64,000 nt of DNA from an uncultured Shewanella sp. (lineage in GTDB: Bacteria; Pseudomonadota; Gammaproteobacteria; Enterobacterales; Shewanellaceae). The notes under the pieces are model-generated. The model saw only the letters and a program-made list of their open reading frames with translations. It was not told where the DNA came from and made no database searches. The stretch is from assembly GCF_947491715.1 (NCBI RefSeq), contig NZ_CANLKR010000012.1, positions 44,501-108,500 of the forward strand, in the 5' to 3' direction. Of this stretch, positions 10,881 through 20,873 are shown in pieces (the first letter of the stretch is position 1; each line of letters opens with the position of its first letter). The position numbers were made by a program, and so were the translations under genes.

Positions 10881-11017
10881 ACCACTTCCTTGTTTAATGG
10901 TTTTTTCCTAAAAGCCACTATCCCTTTACCGAATAATCGACATATTATAAATAATAATCAGATAGTTGAAATCAAGATAATACTTCAAAATAGTTATTGT
11001 TTCCCATTGATTTCTTG

Positions 11018-11914
11018 CTAAATATTGCACGGATTAATGCGCTTCTCCTTTTCACTGGGTACACATTCTTTCATGTTATCAGTCAGCCATGTGCGCAAAT
11101 CTATTTCACTTTTTTGTGCACTATTCTCTTTCAAGCTTAATAATACATAATCATGCCCAGATAAAGAAAACCCAAACGGCGCGACTAAATTCCCTCGCTT
11201 CAACTCATCAACAACAAAAGGATAAGATCCCATCGCCATTCCCAATCCATCTTGAGCCGCTTGAATACAAAAGTAGAAATGAGCAAAAGTCTGTTGAGCA
11301 TTATTTTGCATCGTGGACCCTTTAGAAGAAAACCATTGTGACCATGCATCTAAGCGAGTTTGACTATGTAACAAAGTAATATTATCGACTTTAGACTCCA
11401 TTTTCCTCCAATATGCTATTGAACATATTGGCCCAACCCACTCAGCCACTAACGGTGTTTGCTGATACTCAGCGGGAATAATAAAATCATTTCGACGAAT
11501 AGCCAAAGAGGTACCATTCTTCCCTAATACCACCGCGCCTCCAGCTGTCGATAATCTCACATTCATATGAGAATGTTTTTCATTAAAGCTCACCAACCTA
11601 GGCATGAGCCAACGCATCGTTAATGTAGGCTCACAAGAGACATCAATACACTGTGCCTGCTTAGATAAGACTTCAATACCTTTATTTAACGCAGAAAAAG
11701 CTTCTTCTGTATAGGTATATAAACATTGGCCCTCAGGTGTCAATCGCATCCTATGACCTTGTCTATAAAATAAAACCTGATCTAAGTATTCCTCCAATAA
11801 TTTGATTTGTTTACTGACTGCACCATGTGTAATGTGTAATATTTTTGCTGCAGCGGTAAAACTTTTCGCTGTCGCGGCGACTTGAAACACATGAAATGCT
11901 TTTAAATGTCTCAT
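11018..11914 (-). CDS. LysR-family transcriptional regulator
   Basis: N-terminal HTH MRHLKAFHVFQVAATAKSFTAAAKILHITHGAVSKQIKLLEEYL. Start set at the ATG at 11914. Divergent from a LysE exporter gene. Confidence 0.85.
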   Translation of the reverse strand: MRHLKAFHVFQVAATAKSFTAAAKILHITHGAVSKQIKLLEEYLDQVLFYRQGHRMRLTPEGQCLYTYTEEAFSALNKGIEVLSKQAQCIDVSCEPTLTMRWLMPRLVSFNEKHSHMNVRLSTAGGAVVLGKNGTSLAIRRNDFIIPAEYQQTPLVAEWVGPICSIAYWRKMESKVDNITLLHSQTRLDAWSQWFSSKGSTMQNNAQQTFAHFYFCIQAAQDGLGMAMGSYPFVVDELKRGNLVAPFGFSLSGHDYVLLSLKENSAQKSEIDLRTWLTDNMKECVPSEKEKRINPCNI

Positions 11915-12012
11915 CTGTGAACTTTTCTCACACTCTATAAACAATAAATCGATTATAACTTTTCTTTTCGAGCGATAACATAGATATTCATTTTTTGACG
12001 TTTAGGAACACT

Positions 12013-12624
12013 ATGGACATTATTAGTCTTGCCGTAATAGGCCTGCTTATTGTTATCAGCCCAGGAGCTGATTTTGTATTAATGATGAAAAATAGCCTCA
12101 ATGCAGGTAGGAAAGCAGGTTTATGGACTGCACTAGGGATAAGTTTAGCCATCGTTATCCACATTGGATATTCATTACTGGGTTTAAGCTACTTGGTCAC
12201 TGAAAATCAAAAACTACTCATTATTATTAAATATTTAGGGGCCATCTATTTAATTTACTTAGGCATTAAAAGTATTATTACAGCTAAGGCTCCACTTGCC
12301 CTGCCTCAGCAGGCTCAAACTCACTTACATTGTTTCCAATATTTATATCAAGGATTTTTGTGTAATTTACTTAACCCTAAAACCGTATTATTTTTCATCA
12401 GTTTATTTAGCCAATTATTTTCAAATCCTGATTATTCATGGTACTTCACTTTAAGCTATGGTGTCTATATTGCGATGTTACATTTCATTTGGTTTAGTTG
12501 CTTAACCCTATTACTCACATCCATGCCTTTAAAAACGAGATTTAATGCATTGAAAACGCACCTAAACCGATTGTGTGGCGGCACATTGATCATATTGGGA
12601 AGTTTACTTGCAATACGAATATAG
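12013..12624 (+). CDS. LysE/RhtB-family amino-acid exporter
   Basis: About 200-aa six-TM protein with PGADF and LLNPKTVLFF motifs. ATG at 12013. Divergent from the LysR gene. Confidence 0.8.
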   Translation: MDIISLAVIGLLIVISPGADFVLMMKNSLNAGRKAGLWTALGISLAIVIHIGYSLLGLSYLVTENQKLLIIIKYLGAIYLIYLGIKSIITAKAPLALPQQAQTHLHCFQYLYQGFLCNLLNPKTVLFFISLFSQLFSNPDYSWYFTLSYGVYIAMLHFIWFSCLTLLLTSMPLKTRFNALKTHLNRLCGGTLIILGSLLAIRI

Positions 12625-12660
12625 TATTCTCCCTATTGATTAACCCTCATAGGGAGAATA
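12625..12660 (+). terminator. stem-loop after the LysE gene (12-bp perfect stem TATTCTCCCTAT/ATAGGGAGAATA)
   Basis: A perfect inverted repeat starts immediately after the stop codon. The following T-tract is weak. Confidence 0.4.
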
Positions 12661-12816
12661 CCCTCCCTTTTACTACTTTAAAAACCATTAACAATCAACT
12701 GCTTGAATAAGAATATAGTATTAATCAAATATAAACGATCCTTATCATGACACTTAAGCGTTACCCATTATACTGATTAACATGCGTTCCATAACAAGAA
12801 GCCTGCTTCCCATTCA

Positions 12817-14241
12817 ATGAAAACACTCTTATCTTTAATCTTATTGAGCTTGTGTACAAATAGCGCTTTCGCGAATTCAGCCAAGCATATTTTATTTTTA
12901 AGTTTTGATTATGGAGATGCCAATAACGTTAATATCTTAATCAATCATATGCCAGCCAATCATCAATACAAGGTGATCGCTATCGGTAAAGCCTATGACT
13001 TATTTGATAATAATTTATTTAACGATAACTCATTTAATAATAACTTGACTCATTCCGGCCAGTGTTTATCAAAAAAGCAAAACAACCAACTAATCGCCAA
13101 TCGAAATCAATTATTGTCACAAAGCAGCTTGCATTGTTTATTCAATACAATGAAACAAGCAGATTTCACCCCCGATGCCATTGTATCGGGCATGTCCAGC
13201 GCAGCGCTGGCACAAATCATTAATGCTTACAAAAATGATACATATCATGCAAGTAGAAATAGTGATCAAAATGACAATAGCCATAAACAGGCAAGTATCA
13301 TCGCCTATTATGACAACTTAGACCCTTACCCTGCACCTCCTCACTTTGTAAAAACAAACGCTCACAACCCACAAGTGCGCTACCCAGAGCATTACACCAC
13401 CCCTTTTTTACATCAACTCGATTATCATGCTTTGACCGCGCTATTCATTCCAAACCAGCGTATTAAAGCCTCATTTATTCATTATTTTAACCCCAATAAA
13501 TTAACCCAAGACATTCACAAGGCCATCCATATCGTGGGCAGCCCAGCCTTAATGCTATGGCAACCGCCACACCATTTAATTGACGACCACGCCTCCACAG
13601 ATAAACAAGGTAAAAAAAATAAACAGACAGCGAATATACCCAATGCTAATCAGGTTACCAAAAGCCCTTTCACAACAACTTGCCCGACAGAGCAACAAAT
13701 GTTAAAGCGCCTTAATATTAACCCAGCTAAAAAACGTCTCATTTTTGCGGGCGACACCTCCCAAAGTTATCAAAGCGCTTTTATACAATTCGTTAAAGCC
13801 ATGACACAAATGCCCCAATATCAAGCATTAGTCACTTATCATCCAAAAACACAAGGCCGCATTGAACAAGAAGCCATAGGCAATAACAACGCACAGCACA
13901 ATATTAAGCTGGTGGATCCTCACCTTATTTCGACTTATTGTTTAGCGACCCTCAGTCCTGTGTTTATTGTGCATCAATCTTCCATGGGCACCGCTGCGCT
14001 GAGCGTCCCTAAAAACGTGATTTTTATCACTAAAAACTATACCAATGATGCCATCGAACATCATTTAGCCGATAAAGCCTATCAGATTGATGATATTAAA
14101 AAGGCCATCATTAACGCATTCAACAAAAAGCCCAATAGCCACAACTTTTATACGTATTTTGGCATGCCCAAACACGCCATTGAGGCTTTCTACCTGGCAC
14201 TAGAAAGCCAAATAAAAAACACATTCGTCGAACAAAACTGA
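12817..14241 (+). CDS. hypothetical secreted protein
   Basis: Signal peptide MKTLLSLILLSLCTNSAFA. N/Q-rich. No motif I can name with confidence. Confidence 0.5.
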   Translation: MKTLLSLILLSLCTNSAFANSAKHILFLSFDYGDANNVNILINHMPANHQYKVIAIGKAYDLFDNNLFNDNSFNNNLTHSGQCLSKKQNNQLIANRNQLLSQSSLHCLFNTMKQADFTPDAIVSGMSSAALAQIINAYKNDTYHASRNSDQNDNSHKQASIIAYYDNLDPYPAPPHFVKTNAHNPQVRYPEHYTTPFLHQLDYHALTALFIPNQRIKASFIHYFNPNKLTQDIHKAIHIVGSPALMLWQPPHHLIDDHASTDKQGKKNKQTANIPNANQVTKSPFTTTCPTEQQMLKRLNINPAKKRLIFAGDTSQSYQSAFIQFVKAMTQMPQYQALVTYHPKTQGRIEQEAIGNNNAQHNIKLVDPHLISTYCLATLSPVFIVHQSSMGTAALSVPKNVIFITKNYTNDAIEHHLADKAYQIDDIKKAIINAFNKKPNSHNFYTYFGMPKHAIEAFYLALESQIKNTFVEQN

Positions 14242-14418
14242 ACCCGATTACAGAACATACAAACGAGAAAAATGACAGTGCATAAATAAGCTTATGGCGT
14301 TTAATAGTCATTAAATCTGTCAGGCAAAACGGCAGTATAATCTGCATAAGTTAAGCTAATATTAAATAAGAATAGGCTTCATTATCAATAAAACATAAGA
14401 CTGCAGCGGTCACTAACC

Positions 14419-15723
14419 ATGAAAATACGACATCACTTTATTAGCTCACTTTTACTCATTTATTTACTAACAGCTTGCCGTTCCGATGATTTGGAACACG
14501 ATCATAGGATCCAATTATCCTTAGAACATATTACCTCAAGCGAACAGGATGTAACCTATGAAGGCCCCAACCTTTCTGATAATGGAACAGAGATCATACT
14601 CAGAGGCACTTTATTTAACCAACCAGCCATTTTTTTAAGCCAATTGATTGATACAAGCTGGACCCCCCTGCAAGCAATCATTACTCCATCGACCCCTATA
14701 AACAATTCAAACGCGAAGTTTATCAGTTTTTCTAAAAATATTACGAGCCATGGTTCAATCAACTATAACGGCCCCATGGTGTATCAAGGAACCATAGTAT
14801 TTGCAGCAGAACTGGATAACCTAAAAAATGGTGTTTTCTACTCAATACAGAAACAAGGAGAATGGATAACAAACGCCATTATGCAAACTGGTGATATCAT
14901 TGAAAATAATAAAGTCATCAATTTAGATGCCCCCTATATTAATAAAAACAAGGTTTATTTCTTAACTTCATTAAAAACAGAAGATGAAAAAACAATCTAC
15001 ACTATTTTTACATTTGATATTCCATCCCAGACCCTCAATATGGTATTAACTTCAAATAATAATGATATTAGTCAGTACTGGGATATGTCATTAAACAAAA
15101 TAAATTTTGCTATCAGAGGCGAAAGTCAAACAACACATGCGCAAAATATTTATTTACATGAGCAATCCAATGTATTGAAAAGTGTTTATTCAACATTATA
15201 TTTACCACCAGGCACAAATAGGTATACCTTTGGCGGCCCCAGTTATTTTAGTGATAACAAACAGGAATATGTGGTTAATTTAGTGCGTTTTTACGATGTG
15301 CTCACATCAAAATATACAGCCCTTTATTCAAACATTTTCCCTAACTTCTTATGGGTTGCCACTCACGATACGATAATGGATCCCCAAACAAACAATATCA
15401 AAGACAAAATAATCGATGTAGGCAATCCAACGCTCGAAATCAATGCAAACAAAGCATGGATTGCATTTCAAGGAACAGCAACAAAGCACAAAGACCGCAT
15501 AGGCATTTATGCCTCATCTGTCAATTTACACACTATTGCAAGCCTGACATCGAGAGCACCAATATTTCCAGTGATAGAACCCGATGACATATTGCAAGGA
15601 ATAGGCACAGTATCACAGATTTTCCTTGGTTCAGTGAGTCTTAGACAACAAAAAATTACCGTCGCCACTCAACTCCATACCGGAGAATACGAAATACTGC
15701 TATTTCATATTGCTAATATTTAA
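14419..15723 (+). CDS. hypothetical lipoprotein
   Basis: LLTAC lipobox and a repetitive beta-rich pattern. No recognisable catalytic motif. Confidence 0.5.
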   Translation: MKIRHHFISSLLLIYLLTACRSDDLEHDHRIQLSLEHITSSEQDVTYEGPNLSDNGTEIILRGTLFNQPAIFLSQLIDTSWTPLQAIITPSTPINNSNAKFISFSKNITSHGSINYNGPMVYQGTIVFAAELDNLKNGVFYSIQKQGEWITNAIMQTGDIIENNKVINLDAPYINKNKVYFLTSLKTEDEKTIYTIFTFDIPSQTLNMVLTSNNNDISQYWDMSLNKINFAIRGESQTTHAQNIYLHEQSNVLKSVYSTLYLPPGTNRYTFGGPSYFSDNKQEYVVNLVRFYDVLTSKYTALYSNIFPNFLWVATHDTIMDPQTNNIKDKIIDVGNPTLEINANKAWIAFQGTATKHKDRIGIYASSVNLHTIASLTSRAPIFPVIEPDDILQGIGTVSQIFLGSVSLRQQKITVATQLHTGEYEILLFHIANI

Positions 15724-15735
15724 AATAGGCTACTT

Positions 15736-16329
15736 TCAAGGTCGGCTTAAATGAAGTGATACTCGAGCATATTGCAGCGATAAATCATTTAATTGCGATA
15801 TAATACTCTCGCCATGTTCAGCCGCTCTTTGCACAATTTCCTTTTTGGTGTTTTCTCTATCAGGGAGGCATACCATACTGTGGGAAACAATCGGCGTATT
15901 AAATATCATGCCTGTAAATTTGGCCATTTGTTCAAATGGTTTCAAAAACTCTTGCACGGTAAAGGTATTCGTTCCCCCAGTTTGATAACTTTCCTCAGGC
16001 CCGCCTATCGTCGTCGAAACCAACAATGTTTTTCCCTCTAGTTTTCGTCCTGAGCCATAAGCAAATCCACGAACAAAAACGCGATCGATCCACTCTTTTA
16101 ACATACCAGGTACGTTGTACCAGTGAAAAGGGTATTGAAAAAGCACAACATCAGCATTAAGTATTGCCTGTTGCTCTGCCTCAACATTGATACTGAAATC
16201 AGGATAAAGTTGATACAGATCTCTAATTTCAACCCCATCAGCTGTTTTTAATCTATTAATAATATGGCGGTTTGCAATAGAAGTATTATTGACATCAGAG
16301 TGTACAAATATAACCAATGTTCTCATCAT
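15736..16329 (-). CDS. flavodoxin-like-fold NAD(P)H dehydrogenase (quinone)
   Basis: MRTLVIFVHS..., FQYPFHWYNVPGMLKEWIDRVF, typical of the Flavodoxin_2/KefF/MdaB-type family. Divergent from an HxlR regulator gene. Confidence 0.75.
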   Translation of the reverse strand: MMRTLVIFVHSDVNNTSIANRHIINRLKTADGVEIRDLYQLYPDFSINVEAEQQAILNADVVLFQYPFHWYNVPGMLKEWIDRVFVRGFAYGSGRKLEGKTLLVSTTIGGPEESYQTGGTNTFTVQEFLKPFEQMAKFTGMIFNTPIVSHSMVCLPDRENTKKEIVQRAAEHGESIISQLNDLSLQYARVSLHLSRP

Positions 16330-16452
16330 TTACCTCAGTTATTAACGTATTGTTTAACGTATGGCTAAGATAATCTATATTTACAATTAATATAAGTACG
16401 CACATTTTTGGTATATAGTACCCTTAAGTATACTATGGGCGTGAGAAAAAAC

Positions 16453-16791
16453 ATGAAACATACCGACTATGATTGCAACTTAGGTTGTCCCGTTGAGGCA
16501 ACACTCAATACCATTGGAGGGAAGTGGAAAGGCGTCATCCTTTATCACTTACTCACCAAAACACACCGTTTTAACGAACTGGACCGATTGATGCCTAGTA
16601 TTACACAACGCATGCTAACGAAACAGCTACGAGAGCTCGAAGCTGATAATGTGATTTTAAGAAAGGTCTACCCAGAAATACCACCCAAAGTCGAGTATTC
16701 TATGACGCCATATGGGCAAACATTAGCCCCTATCATCAATGCCCTACATGCTTGGGGAATTCAACATCTCGAATCAACACCGAGAAAATAA
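16453..16791 (+). CDS. HxlR-family transcriptional regulator
   Basis: CPVEATLNTIGGKWKGVILYHL and PPKVEYSMTPYG are HxlR signatures. ATG at 16453. Confidence 0.85.
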   Translation: MKHTDYDCNLGCPVEATLNTIGGKWKGVILYHLLTKTHRFNELDRLMPSITQRMLTKQLRELEADNVILRKVYPEIPPKVEYSMTPYGQTLAPIINALHAWGIQHLESTPRK

Positions 16792-16960
16792 TAACATGCA
16801 ACCCCTAATAAAGCTGCTGCCCCTCATATGCCTCGATTGTTAAAGACTCGAGTCGATATATTGAGACTACCAACATGTATCTCTATTTATGACCATTTAG
16901 AGCGAATATATAAAGTGAATCCCCCCTCACGACTACAGTGATATGATTGAGTCCGTTTAG

Positions 16961-17259
16961 CTAGGGCCTGTTGAACTTTGGTGATGATTTCTGCAGCAGC
17001 TTGTGGGTTATTTATACAAGGCAGAGCTTATGCGGTGTAGTTATTCTACATAAATAAGCGATAACGCCGTAAAAAGGAGCCACAAACGCTGTCCTCATTC
17101 TTTTATAAAGCAGGATCCGGCTAAACGTGTTTTACTCTTTGTTGGGAGCCCCTTTGTTAAAGAAAGAGGGCTTAGATCACTAGCCGTCATCCCTCCCGTC
17201 GCGATTAAAACACGTTTATCTCGGACATAATTTAACCACCAAAGATCAACAGGCCCTAG
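16961..17259. mobile_element. MITE-like non-coding element bounded by 23-bp inverted repeats
   Basis: CTAGGGCCTGTTGAACTTTGGTG (16961-16983) versus the reverse complement of CACCAAAGATCAACAGGCCCTAG (17237-17259), 22/23 matches. There is a nested inner inverted repeat CTAAACGTGTTTTA / TAAAACACGTTTAT. No ORF. Confidence 0.6.
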
Positions 17260-17313
17260 TGCCCCCGTGAATACAAAGCCATTTTGTCTCGAATAAAAAC
17301 GGCAGCTCTCTTG

Positions 17314-17847
17314 TTAGGCGATGTGACGCACAGCTGGCTCTTTATCAATAAAGTGCTCTTCAAATGCTTCAATTTCTCTATTCCAGTCTTGTTTATATAA
17401 AGCGGGAGATGTTTCAGTTAAGTGATTCCATTTTCGACATATTTTTTTAAGGAATTGATAGGGATCATCACTCACATTATTTGCAGAATGATAATGCTTA
17501 GATATTTCGATAGACAGATCCCGTTTAAGCGACGAAAACTTCGCTGCCGCATAGTGATGCTCTTTCGATCTCACATTAAAATTTAAAAACGTCGTTAACG
17601 ATGCAAAAACCGGTACGAAAAGCGCTAATAACACCCTGATTGCAAAACCCCAGCTGGAATCAAACCAATCCATATTGGATTCACTTTCAGATAAAGCTGT
17701 AATCGTTGTGGCTAAAGATGCACTAAAAATGGTTGCTCCTCCCCAGATGTAATGCCACTTTCGAAAACGCACACAGGCTTTAAAATGGGCTTTTTCTACT
17801 GCACGAGTCCTTGCTAACCAGCTATTCATGACTTCAATGTGATTCAA
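17314..17847 (-). CDS. two-TM membrane protein, possibly SLATT-domain-like
   Basis: N-terminal amphipathic helix, two predicted TM helices (IWGGATIFSASLATTITAL and IRVLLALFVPVFASLTTFL), then a helical tail with HHYAAAKFSSLKRDL. The assignment rests on architecture only. Confidence 0.35.
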   Translation of the reverse strand: MNHIEVMNSWLARTRAVEKAHFKACVRFRKWHYIWGGATIFSASLATTITALSESESNMDWFDSSWGFAIRVLLALFVPVFASLTTFLNFNVRSKEHHYAAAKFSSLKRDLSIEISKHYHSANNVSDDPYQFLKKICRKWNHLTETSPALYKQDWNREIEAFEEHFIDKEPAVRHIA

Positions 17848-17925
17848 TTAACGCTCTCCCTATGACGCTTTATTTTTGATTTCCATTTAAATTAACAAAC
17901 CTTTATTCTAAGGCCTCTCGATCTC

Positions 17926-18735
17926 CTACACCCTTTTTTCGCTTTCCACTTTCTCTATATGCCATTTGGGCTCAATATGAATGTGATGGTCTGTGAGTTT
18001 ATCCATGTACGAGCCTAATTTGACTTGACTCTTCGCTGCCTTAAACGCCCCTTGACAATACTGCTGGTGGCACTGTTCATTTTTCCAAAAAGAAATCTCT
18101 AAGAAGCGATTTTTTTCTTTATTAAAGCGTGCAACAGCACCCCCTAACATACCTTCACAAGCTTGCATTGCAGGGTTCCAAACATGAATTTGATCCTGCA
18201 AAAATGCGTGTTCAGCCCATTCAGGCTCATCTGTTTTCAGCGTACGATCGGCGATGCGAATAAAGCCAATATGACCAATATGACCAATATGACCAATATG
18301 ACCAAGTGCATTATGACTGATTTCAGTTTCACTAAATTCAGTATACAGTGCATGCTCAGACTCAGACTTGCTTGGCATCAAAGGATCATGAGCGCAAAGT
18401 GCTAATTCAAGCTGCAAATAGTACACTGCACAAGTTTGATAGGTCTCAGCTTGGTGATTATTATCGGCAATGGCATCGTGTTTATGGGCCATAAACCCAT
18501 CAATGGCGGGCTGATCATCCCAAAAAGCCAAGATCATCGCCCGTGAATTAGCACTGGCACTTTCATTAGTGCTGGTGCTGTCACTTGCACTGGGGCCTTG
18601 TTGAACTGCCGTCCAGCCACCAAGCTGACCATTAAACCCTGCGCATTCATTGGTGGCCGCCCATGCTTCTTGGGCCACAGAAAACGCCTGTGCTTGCCCT
18701 TTTAAGGGCAACACGTCTATCCATTTTATGATCAT
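17926..18735 (-). CDS. hypothetical protein with two related halves (ABM/DUF4937-like) joined by a HIG repeat
   Basis: The N-half (IIKWIDVLPL...AQEAWAA...GFNGQLGGW...ILAFWDD) and the C-half (FIRIADRTL...GMLGGAV...EISFWKN) share a pattern. The linker is HIGHIGHIGHIG. Confidence 0.4.
   Translation of the reverse strand: MIIKWIDVLPLKGQAQAFSVAQEAWAATNECAGFNGQLGGWTAVQQGPSASDSTSTNESASANSRAMILAFWDDQPAIDGFMAHKHDAIADNNHQAETYQTCAVYYLQLELALCAHDPLMPSKSESEHALYTEFSETEISHNALGHIGHIGHIGHIGFIRIADRTLKTDEPEWAEHAFLQDQIHVWNPAMQACEGMLGGAVARFNKEKNRFLEISFWKNEQCHQQYCQGAFKAAKSQVKLGSYMDKLTDHHIHIEPKWHIEKVESEKRV
18266..18304. repeat. 9-bp microsatellite (CCAATATGA)x4 inside a CDS
   Basis: Four perfect tandem copies plus a degenerate fifth. 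It encodes the in-frame (HIG)n tract on the minus strand. Confidence 0.9.
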
Positions 18736-18798
18736 CTTTATCCCTGTTATTGAGACGTCTCTTATAGCTTACACATTACTTATTGGAAAAAGCCATTG

Positions 18799-19254
18799 TT
18801 AGAGCCCCGATATTACATAGTCTCCCAGAGCATTAATGTGAAGTGAGTTTATTGTCACAATGGCCTCTCGATTTAAGGCACCGTATAAATGCGGATAAAG
18901 CTCCGTGGCCTTATTCCGCTCGGGGCTCCTATCTTGCTCAAGGCTGTCTGACTCCGTGCTGGCAGCTAGATCAGTGCTTAGGCCCACAGCGGGCTCATCG
19001 ACAACTTTGGCGGTTAATCTCTCAGGTGTGATTTCAACTAAGTAAAGTCCAACCTGCTGTAACCCCTCTCCTTTATTGAGTACACCCGCTTTCAAAAAAG
19101 GTGGCACAAAAAATTGCTGAATAATAAAAGGCAGCTGCTCCTTATAGGCTAAATGAATAAAGCCATCAAGGGCTAATGAGTCGGGCTCGTACCGTTCACT
19201 CGTTTTAAGTTGTTCGAGATCGGCTTGCTGAATTAAATGATAAAGCGGTTTCAT
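18799..19254 (-). CDS. DUF952-family protein
   Basis: PLYHLI...DGFIHLAYKEQL...YPHLYGALN pattern. ATG at 19254 preceded by AAGGAAG. Confidence 0.6.
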   Translation of the reverse strand: MKPLYHLIQQADLEQLKTSERYEPDSLALDGFIHLAYKEQLPFIIQQFFVPPFLKAGVLNKGEGLQQVGLYLVEITPERLTAKVVDEPAVGLSTDLAASTESDSLEQDRSPERNKATELYPHLYGALNREAIVTINSLHINALGDYVISGL

Positions 19255-19360
19255 ATTGATGACTTCCTTAAAACTCAGGTCTAAATGATCCAAGGCCGTG
19301 GTATGTAGTGGTGCAGTAATGATAACGACCAGCCCATAAAAAAAGGGTTATTGGCTAGGC

Positions 19361-19792
19361 TCAACCCATAAACCCTTGTGGATGTTGTTTACCCTGATCT
19401 GCGACACTATCCCACGGCGCTTTAGAGTCAACCCAAATATGGTGAGCAACACCTAACGACTCGGCGCCCTCTGTTAATAATCCCACGGGAATATACATGC
19501 GCTCATCATCATTCATTCCAGGTAAATTTGAGCCACAGGTTGGACAAAATGATGTTTCCCAATCATGATCGGGTTTACGCCAAGTCTTAAGGCTATTGGC
19601 CCCTTTTAACCAACAAAAATCTTGTTTATTCACCACAATCACCGCAATACCATTTGTGCCAGTGGCTCGACGACAAATAGAGCAATGGCAGATATAAATA
19701 TCCGACGTTGATGTCGACACCTCAAACATCACTTCCTTGCAGTTACACGCACCTTTCATCACTCTTTTAAGTGCTTTCTCATCGTGCGCCAT
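19361..19792 (-). CDS. GFA/CENP-V family protein (Zn-binding Cys-rich fold)
   Basis: CNC...CHCSICRR...CPTCG cysteine pattern. Overlaps the upstream cupin gene by 14 nt. Confidence 0.75.
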   Translation of the reverse strand: MAHDEKALKRVMKGACNCKEVMFEVSTSTSDIYICHCSICRRATGTNGIAVIVVNKQDFCWLKGANSLKTWRKPDHDWETSFCPTCGSNLPGMNDDERMYIPVGLLTEGAESLGVAHHIWVDSKAPWDSVADQGKQHPQGFMG

Positions 19793-20246
19793 CTAATTTG
19801 TCCGTATGTTTAGGATGCGAAATACTGTGCAAGCTTGGCTGCGGGGTAATGGTCATGACTTTAATGCCTTTGGGGGATTCAAAGCGATGCCACACCCCTT
19901 GAGGCACTACCATCATTTGCCCGCTGGTCAACAAGTGACTTTGGTCTCTGCCATCAAGCCATAAGACTAAGTGTGTCTCTCCCTCCATCACCTGCACAAA
20001 CTCATCCCCTTGTGGATGTTGCTCCCACTCACTAAAGCCTGAATAGTCGGTCACATAAACCCCACCATCTCGGTATGTAGACAATAATGCCGATGCGCCT
20101 TGCATCTCTTCATCGGTAATTTCTGGGGTTCTGCCTTGAAAGCGTTTCACGGTTGAAAAAGCATCTAAGATATTGATGGGCGCAGGGTTGGGTTTATGCG
20201 CTTGTTTAAGCTCTGATATAGGTTTAGACATTAAAAACGACTCCAT
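19779..20246 (-). CDS. cupin-domain protein
   Basis: GDEFVQVMEGE...VVPQGVWHRF cupin motifs. An alternative start lies at 20231. Confidence 0.65.
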   Translation of the reverse strand: MESFLMSKPISELKQAHKPNPAPINILDAFSTVKRFQGRTPEITDEEMQGASALLSTYRDGGVYVTDYSGFSEWEQHPQGDEFVQVMEGETHLVLWLDGRDQSHLLTSGQMMVVPQGVWHRFESPKGIKVMTITPQPSLHSISHPKHTDKLDGAR

Positions 20247-20307
20247 TCGATTATGACAAATATTTATGGTTTAAGGTTTAAGGTTTATGCTTATCTTTAT
20301 TAAGCGC

Positions 20308-20751
20308 TTACTGATTTTCCTCATCATAACGCTTAAGCATAAAAAAACGACCAGGGCTTTTTGCAAATCCTGGAACAGTACCGATAATATCAAAACCCAT
20401 TTTTTGATAAAAAATCGGCGCTTGAAACGATAAGGTATCGAGCTGGGCCGCTAAACAATCTCGCCTCTTAGCCTCATTTTCAGCTTGCATCATTAACTGA
20501 CGCCCTAACCCTGAGCCTCGATGCGCTTCATCCACCCAAACGATATTGATCAAAAAATTCTGATAAATCGTCACACCCGCAACGCCGCCGATAAGCTTAC
20601 CCTCGCAGTCCCGAGCTACCACCATCAAAGGCTTCGTTTTTTCATCACCCAGGTGTTCAACATTGTATTGGCGCAGACCACTGATGAGCGCTTCCAGTAC
20701 AGCGGGATTATCCTCGAGAATGACCTGCATGGCTATACTACTTGCTTCCAT
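20308..20751 (-). CDS. GNAT family N-acetyltransferase
   Basis: VWVDEAHRGSGLGRQLM (motif A). ATG at 20751. Confidence 0.8.
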   Translation of the reverse strand: MEASSIAMQVILEDNPAVLEALISGLRQYNVEHLGDEKTKPLMVVARDCEGKLIGGVAGVTIYQNFLINIVWVDEAHRGSGLGRQLMMQAENEAKRRDCLAAQLDTLSFQAPIFYQKMGFDIIGTVPGFAKSPGRFFMLKRYDEENQ

Positions 20752-20873
20752 TTTTAACGACTTCCTTTTGTTTTTATTATTTATTTTTATTGCTATTTTC
20801 AATATGGTACGGGCCGTTGATACTCGCTATTTTCATTTTAGTATTCAGTAATCAATCAGCTCTAGTATCCACT

